DNA from: Octopus sinensis
Lineage: Eukaryota
Direction: 5' to 3'
Length of the DNA: 64,000 nt
Assembly (NCBI RefSeq): GCF_006345805.1
Contig: NC_043014.1
Coordinates: forward strand, 48,856,001 to 48,920,000
Below are positions 26,876 to 37,009 of the stretch, one piece after another. The first letter of the stretch is position 1; the number at the start of each line of letters is the position of its first letter. The position numbers and the translations under genes are program-made. The notes beneath the pieces were generated by a model. That model worked only from the letters and a program-made list of their open reading frames with translations, was not told where the DNA came from and made no database searches.

Positions 26876-29344
26876 CATGCAGTAATCCCTCAACTATTGC
26901 AGGTGTTATGTTCCAAAACCCTTCACAATAGGTGAAAATCCAAAGATTTGATAAATAACACTTGTCCCCTAATTTCTTCACTCTGCCCCTACCCTCTAAA
27001 TTATTCAAAGCCAGAATTATTTTAAATATTTCTCAATTTCTAGGGATCAACTGATAACTTGGAACAAGATTTAAATTTTGTTCAGAAACATGGAGTGAAA
27101 TTAGGAGCCAAGGTTGTGCGAGGGGCATACATGGACCTCGAAAGAGCTCGAGCCCTAAAACAGGGCTATGCCGACCCGGTCAATGACACATATAAGGAAA
27201 CATGTTGGAGATATGAAACTAATGTGGAGAAGATGTTGAAAAAGATAGCGAAATATCCACAAAATTATCGAATGATGATTGCTACACACAACGAGGAAAG
27301 TATCAAGAAATTATATAAAAAGTAGGGGTTTTTTATACATAGTTGTTGTGATTATAACTGCAGTTGCTGTTGCTGTTGTTATTGTTGTTGTTGCTGTTGT
27401 TGTTGCTGTTGCTATTATTAGGGATGTGCTGTGTTAAAAACACAATAAATGCCATCCAGAAGAGATGTCATCTCAGCGTGTATATATTATGTACAATACA
27501 CAGATAACAATTTTAAGTTAATACTGCCTCAATTGCATACACCAGCTTTTTATTCAGCTTGGTGGCTATTTGCAACATCAGTGGATGTTTTATTAACTGT
27601 TTCCAATATTGGAGGTGATGAATTGTTGCCTGGGAATATTGCTGACTATGAGTACACACCATTGACAAGGCTCCCCAAAAAGATGAAATGCATCTGGCAT
27701 TATCATTGACTGCTGCTGAGGTAAATTTCCATCTCAGTCTGATATCTAATGTGTCTTAATACACCTTGCCCATAAATAACTGGCCAATTGACTGTGTGTG
27801 TATACATTAAGTATGATACATAGATTGCTGTATTAATTTAATTTTACCTCAATTTCATATAGCAGATTTATATTGTAGAATATTATATCATTTCAATTGA
27901 TATTTTCCTTTTGTTCCAGAATTGAAGAACATGGTGTTGATAGACGGAATGGAACTGTATTTTTTGCCCAAACCTTTGGAATGAGTGACCATATATCATT
28001 TACTTTAGGTAAGATTTCATGTAGGGTCTTAAAATAAAGGTATTTTAGTTAATATTGCATGTGCATGTGTGTATGCATATATATAAATATCATCATCCTT
28101 TAACGTCCGGTCAAGTATTTCTCTTGCAGTTGCCTTTCCAGAAATTTAGCATCAGTGGTGCTTCTGCCAGGCACAAAACCAAACTGCATCTCATCTAGGC
28201 TAAGTCTCTCCCTGATTAGTAGGGCTATGACCATCTCCATAACTTTTATCACCTGATCTAGCAATTTGATACCCCTGTAGTTATTTCTATCTAAAGCATC
28301 ACCTTTACCCTTGTAACCGTTGACAATGGTGCTGCCACACCAGTCATTGGGTATGACTCCTTCATGAACTACCTGATTTATGATATGGGTGACTAGACCA
28401 TAACACACACTACCATATATCTTAATCATATCAGCGGTAATTCCTGATGGGCCAGGGGCTTTCCCTGTCTTCATATCCTTAATTGCTTTTCTACCGGTAG
28501 CTGGTGCCTCAATTGGGTCAAACTTTGGCAGATCCTCTCCTCCCATTCATTCTCCACATTCAGCAGTCTTTCATAATGGTATCTCCAAGCCACTTTCTTT
28601 GCAGAATCATTAAACACAAGTGCACCCTCTTCCATGCGGACATAAATATACATATTAGAAACTTTGTTGCAATCAGCATTAACAGACTTCAGGGTGCAAA
28701 GCAAGAGAGAACAGAGGTTTATTCATGAAACATGACAGCAAAGAAGAGCACACATTCACTCTCTGCACACAATTAGACTCAGAAAGTTTGTGTGGAACCC
28801 ACTGACCCAATTTGCTGACTTTTCCGATATCGTGCAAGTGTTGATGAATGGTTGAATGACCAAATCAGAGCTTCTCTGCTAGTTCCTCAACAGTTACAAT
28901 GGGATTTCGTCCCACCAGGGTTTGCAGGATGTCCATGTCAAGCTCTACAGATCTTCCAGGACAAGGCTTGTCTTCTAGGCTGCAGTTTCTAGCTTGGAAT
29001 TTCTGGAACCACCATTGACACTGACTTATGCTTATTGTCCAATCCCCATATACCGCATTAATATTCCTTGCACTTTCCATTGCATTCTTGCCTTTATTGA
29101 ACTCATAAAACAGAAAATTGGCATCATTGTAGGATGTGTTGTTACTGACAGTGTTTTTGTTCCACTTTCAGGAAGCAGTGATGTCCTTATCTACAAAGCG
29201 CTACCGTATGGTCCTGTTAATGAAACATTAGCATACTTGGTACGTCGGTTGCAGGAGAACAAATCCGTTTTGAAAGGAGCCAGGCGTGAACAGAAACTGG
29301 TTGAGCAGTTTTTAAAGGGTCGACTTACCTTCTGGAAAAACTAA
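13577..29344 (+). CDS. PRODH2: Hydroxyproline/proline dehydrogenase (PRODH2-type), copy 1; 10 exons, ~493 aa, probably mitochondrial
   Basis: Exons splice in frame (1482 nt including stop). Motifs [38 protein letters not shown], GMxD and YKALPYG...[18 protein letters not shown]-x-E...W(F/Y)ExN and a non-Tyr residue in YKxxPYG are PRODH2-like rather than PRODH1-like. Confidence 0.9.
16030..16480. repeat. 18-bp minisatellite (CTGGGCTCACCTGAACAT), ~25 units; ~11 units at 35948-36143
   Basis: Visible periodicity; translates as EHLGSP repeats. Confidence 0.9.
17590..17870 (+). CDS. PRODH2: PRODH2 copy 1 exon 2
   Basis: Polypyrimidine+AG acceptor, [25 protein letters not shown] donor. Confidence 0.85.
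19199..20330 (+). mobile_element. Tc1/mariner-superfamily non-autonomous element with nested SINE (copy-1 intron only)
   Basis: Imperfect ~45-bp TIRs starting CAGGGTGG, TA TSD; empty site with a single TA at ~38370 in unit 2. Confidence 0.8.
20611..20801 (+). CDS. PRODH2: PRODH2 copy 1 exon 3
   Basis: ttttcag acceptor, YGQFVAGET. Confidence 0.9.
21155..21373. mobile_element. hAT (Charlie/Buster-like) MITE
   Basis: TIR CAGTGGTTTCCAA/TTGAAAAGCACTG, perfect 8-bp TSD CCTTAGGG; empty site at ~39635. Confidence 0.9.
21679..21808 (+). CDS. PRODH2: PRODH2 copy 1 exon 4
   Basis: WFEKN...HAKVTAL, GTAAGT donor. Confidence 0.9.
22231..22317 (+). CDS. PRODH2: PRODH2 copy 1 exon 5
   Basis: ttcctag acceptor, GTAAGT donor, conserved in copy 2. 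Confidence 0.85.
22720..23132 (-). mobile_element. Decayed RLE-type LINE fragment (R4/NeSL-like); 3' part shared with 42150-42380
   Basis: RPDVTIIDKEKQSCLLID (PD..D), VVPVIIGA. Confidence 0.6.
23723..23800 (+). CDS. PRODH2: PRODH2 copy 1 exon 6
   Basis: LKIDGLN...LRRIGE, phase 0/0. Confidence 0.85.
24815..24961 (+). CDS. PRODH2: PRODH2 copy 1 exon 7
   Basis: FDAEHTY...TYQSYLK. Confidence 0.9.
26521..26828 (-). mobile_element. Non-autonomous Helitron-like element
   Basis: 5' TC, 3' GC-rich hairpin followed by CTAG, inserted in (TA)n; homologous to 61714-62214. Confidence 0.65.
27044..27321 (+). CDS. PRODH2: PRODH2 copy 1 exon 8
   Basis: [10 protein letters not shown]...ATHNEES. Confidence 0.9.
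27920..28008 (+). CDS. PRODH2: PRODH2 copy 1 exon 9
   Basis: [24 protein letters not shown] donor. Confidence 0.9.
28100..28722 (-). mobile_element. RTE-clade LINE RT fragment
   Basis: KAPGPSGI, NYRGIKLL, QFGFVPGRSTTDA. Confidence 0.85.
28724..29107 (-). mobile_element. Mariner fragment (same family as 55697-56884)
   Basis: Homologous to 56290-56665; WFQKF..LEDKPCPGR HTH-region motif. Confidence 0.75.
29172..29344 (+). CDS. PRODH2: PRODH2 copy 1 exon 10 (last)
   Basis: YKALPYGPV...[12 protein letters not shown] stop. Confidence 0.9.
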
Positions 29345-29359
29345 TCATGCATTTAGAAA

Positions 29360-29360
29360 C

Positions 29361-29407
<47 letters not shown>

Positions 29408-29431
29408 TCACTCAACACACACACACACACA

Positions 29432-29470
<39 letters not shown>

Positions 29471-29855
29471 TCACTCACTCACACACACACACACTCACAC
29501 ACACACACTCACTCACTCACACACACACACACACTCACTCACTCACTCACACACACACACACACACACTCACACACACACACACTCACACACACACACAC
29601 ACTCACTCACTCACTCACACACACACACACACATCACACACACACACACACACTCACACACACTCACACACACACACACACACACACACTCACTCACTCA
29701 CTCACACACACACACACACACACTCACACACACACACTCACTCACTCACACACACACACACACACTCACACACACACACACACTCACTCACTCACTCACA
29801 CACACACACACACACACTCACACTTACACACACACACATACACACACACACACAC
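29360..29855. repeat. Compound (CA)n/(CACT)n microsatellite immediately after the copy-1 stop
   Basis: Direct observation; only ~16 bp at the copy-2 site. Confidence 0.95.
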
Positions 29856-30445
29856 GCAAATATATTTTTTTATCTTTTATCTATTAATTGTTTCAGTTAT
29901 TAGACTGTGGCCATGCTGGGGCACTGCTCCTGAGGAATTTTAGCCAAATGAATCAACACCTGTGCACATTTACATTTAAAGACTGATATTTGTTCTATTG
30001 GTCACTTTTGCTAAACCTCTAAGTTAAGGGGACATAAACACACCAACACTTGTTCTCAAGCAGAAATACACACACACACACACACAACACACACACACAC
30101 ATGAACATAAAAAATATGAGTTCTGAGATTGATTCATTCAACTAAAACTCTTCTACATACTGCCCCAGCATGGCCACATTCCAATGCCTGAAACTGTTAA
30201 AAAATAAAATGTATTTGAAGAATGTGACAGAACCATCATTACAAATCAAAAATACAAGCCAAAATAATCTGAGATTCTAAATCCAAAAGTTTAATGGCAT
30301 CAAATTTTCAACTGAATTCTTTTTTACAAAATTTTTTACTTTGTATCTTTTGTGAATTTATTGACAACGAAAATATAAAGGATGAAAATAAAAGACCAAC
30401 AGAAAAGTAAACTTTATTGGAAATTTAGTTATGGCCCTCAGGTTA

Positions 30446-30618
30446 TCAGCTATTTAATCTCATCACTCGATCGATCCAGCTTTGATATTGGGACACACGG
30501 GTGAATACACCTGGGGAATTTTCCGGGTGGTCTTTGCTGGTGAATGATGCAACGCCAACCTGCATCCAGCCATAGGGGCTCGGACAAACCAGTGGTCAAA
30601 TACAGAAATGCATAAATA
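30446..30618 (-). pseudogene. Orphan duplicate of the protease last exon, lacking acceptor and GDSGG
   Basis: Near-identical to 51903-52090 except an 18-bp deletion at 30595/30596; no upstream protease exons in this copy. Confidence 0.85.
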
Positions 30619-30750
30619 TAATTACGGAGATGTACTTGCATAGCAAGTGATTTGATCTGAGATTGTTTGCTGGAACGAAAACAATTGCAGCGTGGAAGGT
30701 GTTTGTAAGCCATTTAAGAAACACACAAAAGCTGTTCGATTCACTTCAAC

Positions 30751-30906
30751 ATTTAAGTTTAATTTGTCAAAATATTTTCATCGCTTCAAGACCGCAACCT
30801 GTTCACTGACAAAAATCTGTACTGCATCTGAGCAGCACGGATTTTTATCAGTGAACAGGTCGCGGTCTTAAAGCGACGAAAATATTTTGACAAATTAAAC
30901 TTAAAT
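30751..30906. repeat. Long inverted repeat, ~75-bp arms, 6-nt loop
   Basis: ATTTAAGTTTAATTTGTCAAAATATTTT... versus ...AAAATATTTTGACAAATTAAACTTAAAT. Confidence 0.9.
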
Positions 30907-30983
30907 CATAAATATAATATAATGTCTAAAAGTTGATGAACCACCTATTGATCCCCTCCATTTTCTTATTGCTCTACATACAT

Positions 30984-31020
<37 letters not shown>

Positions 31021-32287
31021 TGCACACACACACACACACATACATATATACATACATACATGGTGGCTTCCCCCTCGTTATCGAGTATGGCCATTGCACG
31101 AAGCTTAACTGTTATTGGTGCTGTGATCGAATGTGACTTTTATTTGCTTTTTAAGTCTACAGCCAGCCATTCAGTTGTGACTCACAGCACTATCAACAAT
31201 TGTGAACAATGTTGTTATCGTGCAACACCTGTGCAAGAAGATTTATTTTTTAAAGTGAGGAAAGGCTGTGCACTGAGTCAATCCCACTCACTAAGCAACA
31301 GCAGCCATAATCCGAAAAGAAGAACAAGTCAACATCATCGGTAACCACTGAGCAGCAGGTTTTATGTCGGAGTTATCCCAGTTACCAGAGTTACCTTCTC
31401 CTAGAAGGATGCCCTAACAAAGGCTAGGGGTCCTTTACTCCCAATGGTTTAACCGCGCGATTGGGTATTCAGTCCGATTATTTCTATGTCCCCGCACATG
31501 ATACAGCCTTAAGCCTTAAGAAGAAAAAAAATTACATACATACATACATTCACACAGAGACACACACAATCTAACCATGCATAAATAAATTCAGTTAGCT
31601 TCAGATCACGCTTGTGGAAAGACTCCGAATGAAGGTACATAGCAGAATGTTGCTGGTTGCATGTGCAGCTACATATTCCAAGTGCAACAGAAATGCATGT
31701 CGGCCATTTTAACCAATTATGCTGTATAATTAACTGTTAAAATTAAAAGAAAAATTTGAAAATATACCAGTCTCTGTATTCATTATAATTGTTTTGGATT
31801 TATATCATCATCACCATCATCATCACCATCATCATCACCATCATTATCATCATCATCATTTAATGTCCATTGTCCATGCTGTCATGGGTTGGACGATTTG
31901 ACCATGGTTGGTAAGTTAAGGGGCTGCACCAGACTCCAGTCTGATTTGAAGAAGAAGAAGAAGAAGAAGAGTAATAATGGGTAAAATTAATTAATCAATT
32001 AATAATTAATAATTTTACTAAGTAGTTCAGTATGTTAAAAGAACCATTATCAGTAACCTTATACAAAAATTCTATAATTATAAGCATAAATTTAAAATTG
32101 AAATACTATATTGAAGATGGGAGTAAGTGAGTTACCTGTGTGAGTTAGACTATTGCTGTCTGGGCAATATCTTATGGTAGTGGAATAGTATTTAACTGCT
32201 ATTTCTAAATTTCAGTATGTGGTGAAGCAAATTTTGCTGAACACTAATCATAATTATGCTTATAATTATAGAATTTATATATATATA

Positions 32288-32336
<49 letters not shown>

Positions 32337-33553
32337 GATTTCACTAAAGCACAGGAATGCTAATAGCCTGGTATGCATATGACTTAGAACACAGTATAAG
32401 GTGAATACAGAACATAATAAGGGTTTAAATAAATGACACAGGAACAGGAATTGTGCAATAAACTTCATTGGCTTGCAGCTGTTTCTGCTACAAGACACGC
32501 TTCATAGTATTGCTTATGGCCACTTTAATGTGGCTGTCCACTATGAGACGACAATACTGCCATTTAACCCCCAAAGAGGCCATAAGCAAGACTTTTTGGT
32601 TCATATACTGCTTCTATATCGAACAGAGATTTTCTAACAGACTACTTTCCTAGTTATGAGGCCAGTGATTGTATGACACTGTGCTTTCTATATATTGCAA
32701 GCGAGGCTAAACTGGTGTCATGCCTGGCAAAAAGTACCTACCACTGAGGAGATCCAATACAGATCAAAACCAAGTGCTGTTGTGGTCTTGAAGCTAGGGT
32801 GGCAGGAGTTATCTCCCACTTGCAATAAATATCAGATGCAAGAAGTGCATGAAATAAACCAGCTGGAGGAGCTGTCTTCCTGGCGTTAAAATGGCAGTGT
32901 CATCTTTTAGAGGACAGTCACATTAAAGTTACTGCAAGTAATGCTTTTTGGCTCGTATACTGCTTCTATCTTGAACAGAGATTTTCTAATGCATGCACTG
33001 CATACATGTACATACATGTAGATAGTGCAATACATATAAGCAGATGCAGATTGTACAGATGTAGATATATATACATACATGTAGAACATATACATTGATG
33101 TAGTACATATACATACATGTAGTACATATACATACATGTAGAACATATACATTCATGTAGTACATATACATACATGTAGAACATATACATACATGTAGAA
33201 CATATACATTCATGTAGTACATATACATTCATGTAGTACATATACATACGTGTAGTACATATACCTGTATTTCACACAATATTAATCAACTTAGGTCCAT
33301 CTCTAATATATTCACATGATGAGAGCATATATTTTACTGACCCCAGAAGGATGTAAGTCAAAGTTGATCCTGCTGGAATCTGAACTCAGAATCTACTGAA
33401 CCATGACTGATTATCATATGACATTTTGTTCACCACTTTAGTGATTCTACAACTGACAGTTTAGACATAAAGAAATTTCATGTTTATGAATATATTTACG
33501 GTTTAAAGATATCTAACAGCTAGCATTGCCTGCAAAACAACACCAGAAGCAAG

Positions 33554-33581
33554 ATGGCCTTTACAAATATCCCTTTCAGAG
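33554..33581 (+). CDS. PRODH2: PRODH2 copy 2 exon 1
   Basis: Identical to 13577-13604. Confidence 0.7.
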
Positions 33582-36500
33582 GTAAGCAGTAAATCCTTTA
33601 TTATATTTATTTACTGCTATTGTATTGCTGAAAACTGGGTCTTTAGTATCATATCCCTGAGCTAACACTCAGGGCTGCTTAGTAACATTATAGTACCCTG
33701 AGAAAATCAATGCACTGGACCTATATTTACTTATTGACAGCAAACCACAGCATGCATATGCTGTTCAAGAATTTGGACCTGGAGATCTCCATTTCCAGCG
33801 ACTTCGAGAGTCACCTCCCAGTGGTGTCGGGCGTCAACGAAGAGCCCTCAACTACAACAAGACGACCAAATTTTTTTTTTTTTCCAAGGTCTGGGGTCTC
33901 CCGCCCCTAAGCCCTAGATCATCACCTAATCACCCTTACCCGTCTTGTTGCTTAACAACAACAGCATATATCGATTAGAACTGGGCCCCTAAACATGTGT
34001 GGCTCCTAGGAGACTGCTCAGTTTGTCCATCTCTTAAGATAAAACTGTTAACACCCAATAATTTTCTTTCTGCCCTCCTTTAACTCTAGTCCAGCCTCAT
34101 AAGATAATTCAAGAGATTCTATTTCTCTTTTTCCTTTCAAGTCAGGAACACGAAGAAGATAATGCAAATGAGATTTATCAAATACCTCAAGCAAACAAAC
34201 ACCTGGAATGTTTATAATTGTAATTAATGAATCCTTTTTTAATTACTATTTTTTTTTACTTGCTTCAGACATTAGGCTGTAGCCTTGCTGGAGCATCACC
34301 TTGAAGAATTTTTAGTCAAACGAATTGACCCTAGTACATAGTTTTTTGTCCATCTCTTTTATTATGGGGATGTAAACATACCAACATTGGTTATCAAGCA
34401 ATGGTGGGGTCAAGCACAGACACAAAGACACACACACACACACACACCACACACACACACAAATAAATAAATATACGATGGGCTTCTTTCAGTTTCCATC
34501 AACCAAATCTACTCACAAGACTTTGGTTAGCCTGAGGCTATAGCAGAAGACACTTGTCCAACATACCATGTAGTGGGACTGAACCTGGAACCATATAGTT
34601 GGGAAGCTTGCACCTATTAGTTCAATTTTCCTTCATAGTTACTCTTTTATATATTTTTTATGTTGTCTAACTTTTATTTTTTGTTTGCTGTTTGTTGCAA
34701 TTTCCTTTCAATCAAAAGATTTTTGTTGTTGTTGTTTTCTACAAACAGGGATTTCAGTCGTTCAATTACCTACTGATTGTATTATAAGTTTAGTGGCTGA
34801 GTATTCCAGAGACACATCTCTCTTAACATACTTTCCTGTCAGAATCAACAAGACACTGTGTAACAAAATTGGGTTCCCTGAATTACAGATACATGGTCTA
34901 GGTTTGAGAGAGGCATAAACATCACACAATCACATTTTCCTCTTCCCAACATATAATTGTAATTTATTTTTCTAATGTAAGAAATCTATTTTAGAGTTTG
35001 TTTTTACCTGATTTTAATGTTGTGTTGTTTTTATTTTAAAATTTAAATATCAAAAATTTTCAGTAGCTGTGTCTTAGTATTTAATGATTTAGAAATCCTT
35101 TCATTTTTTACGGCTTGATCTGAAGGAGGGAATAAGGCCCCTGGTCTTTATAGGCCCTAAAAAACCTATGAAAGGAATGTAGTTGATGTTCTTAAATAAA
35201 TAGAAATTTATGTCTTCAAGGAGAATAGAGAGGGAATGGTCTGTAGGTTTGGTGATCATAGGGAGGGAGTTTGGATGGGGGGGGGAAGGGATCAGTGTAA
35301 GGCCTGGAGGGAGAGGATAAATATAGTATGAGTAATGATAGGAGGAGAAGCAAATGGGTTGGGTGGCCTGAGTGGAGGTAGCTTGAGGATTAGAGATCAC
35401 AAGTAGAGAAGGTAGAAGAGGGTGAGAAAAGCTATAGTGTGTTAATTATTGACCTCATGGTAACAAGACAGGTGACATTTGCAGTGGTGTTGGGGATGGG
35501 GATATACATTAAGATGTCTGTATGTGTAACAAGATCCCAAATTTTGGAGCAATAATAGGGTTAGGGTTAAGAGTAGCTTTTAAGCTAGTTTTAAATATAT
35601 TTAAAGTGGAAGTATACAAAAATAAATTATATTTTCCATCTTACTGTTAGTTTTGTTTAATTTGAAAAATGAAAATTTATTTTTTTGTTTATAATTGTTT
35701 GTATTTTGAATTGCATATATATGGGGGCGCCAAAATCTTTTAAGTACTTAGAGCATCTATGGGTCTTAATTTGGCTGTGAGTAGCACCATCCTGGAGTTA
35801 GAAGTCAGTACTCCATTGTGGGTTTGAGATGTCTGTTTGTGTAACATCAGTACCATCTCAGAGGTGTGTGTTGTACTCTGTTGAGGGTCTCTTTCTGCTT
35901 AGCAGCCCCACTGTCCCAGGTGTGGGTGCACTATTTCATTCCAGGATTATCTGAACATCAGAGCTCACCTGAATATCTGGGCTCACCAGAACATCTGGGC
36001 TCACCTAAACATTTGGCTCACTTGAATATCTGGGCTTACCTGAATACCTGGGCTCACCTGAACATCTGAGATCACATGAACACCTGGGCACACCTAAACA
36101 CCTGGGCTCACCTGAACATCCGGACTCACCTGAACATTTGGGCTTCACTTCATAATAATATAGTTGAGTAAGGTGAGGAGAGAGTACAGTTAAGGAGAAG
36201 CGAAGGGTGGTACCACCTGCATGTGGCTGGGTTAAAAGGTCATTGATGAATAAGAGGAAGAATGTGCAATGGACAAAACTGAATCTTAGGTCACAGGAGA
36301 TAATTATTTTAATTAAAAGACAAGTTAATGATTACAATGTTTACTTTACAATATAATTATGCAAATCCAAAGATAAAATAGTGGCTGCCCTGTTTTTGTG
36401 TGAAATATGATTATTTTAATTAAAAGATAAGTCAGTGGTCTGACTACTGACGCCAATGTCCTCTTTGAGATAAGACCAATATAGACATTGTGGTCTACAG

Positions 36501-36964
36501 GGCTTGACCAATGACATTACAACAGTTTTTGAGGTTATACAGTGCAGTCTAGTGGTTATGAGGTTAGACCATTGTCACCCTGCCTCCTGTTTAGTCGAGT
36601 CAGTTCCTGACTGGCATGAACTGATTAGATTTTGGGATAGACTGGATACTGCACAAGAATTCTGGATTATTTTTCTGTTCTTAGTTGGGTTGGACGTATT
36701 GACCACACAATGTTTTTTTTGTTTTTTTTTTACTTGTGACAGTCATTAGAAAGAAAGAGAGGGAGAGAGACAGAGAGGGAGAGAGACAGAGAGGGAGAGA
36801 GACAGAGACATTGAATTTTGGCACTTTAGCTCTGGTCACACCATCATCATCATTATCATCACCATAGTTAAAGAGTGAAAGTGGACAAAACAGCCATGCT
36901 TATGAAGGAGATGGTGTCTCACTTATGTTTTGTGGGAGAAACAGACAAGCAAACAGAATCTCTC

Positions 36965-37009
<45 letters not shown>

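Larger units (their letters stand above)
13304..31948 (+). repeat. Segmental tandem duplication, unit 1
   Basis: Colinear intron and exon homology to 33291-52753. Confidence 0.85.

Noticed and set aside
27420-27900. Highly similar intronic block in both PRODH2 copies (46495-46980) with 70-86 aa ORFs
   Set aside because: Similarity is explained by the duplication; the ORFs differ by stops and indels between copies
29347-29943. His/Thr-rich 198-aa ORF and similar HT/YI/CV ORFs
   Set aside because: Dinucleotide and tetranucleotide microsatellite translations
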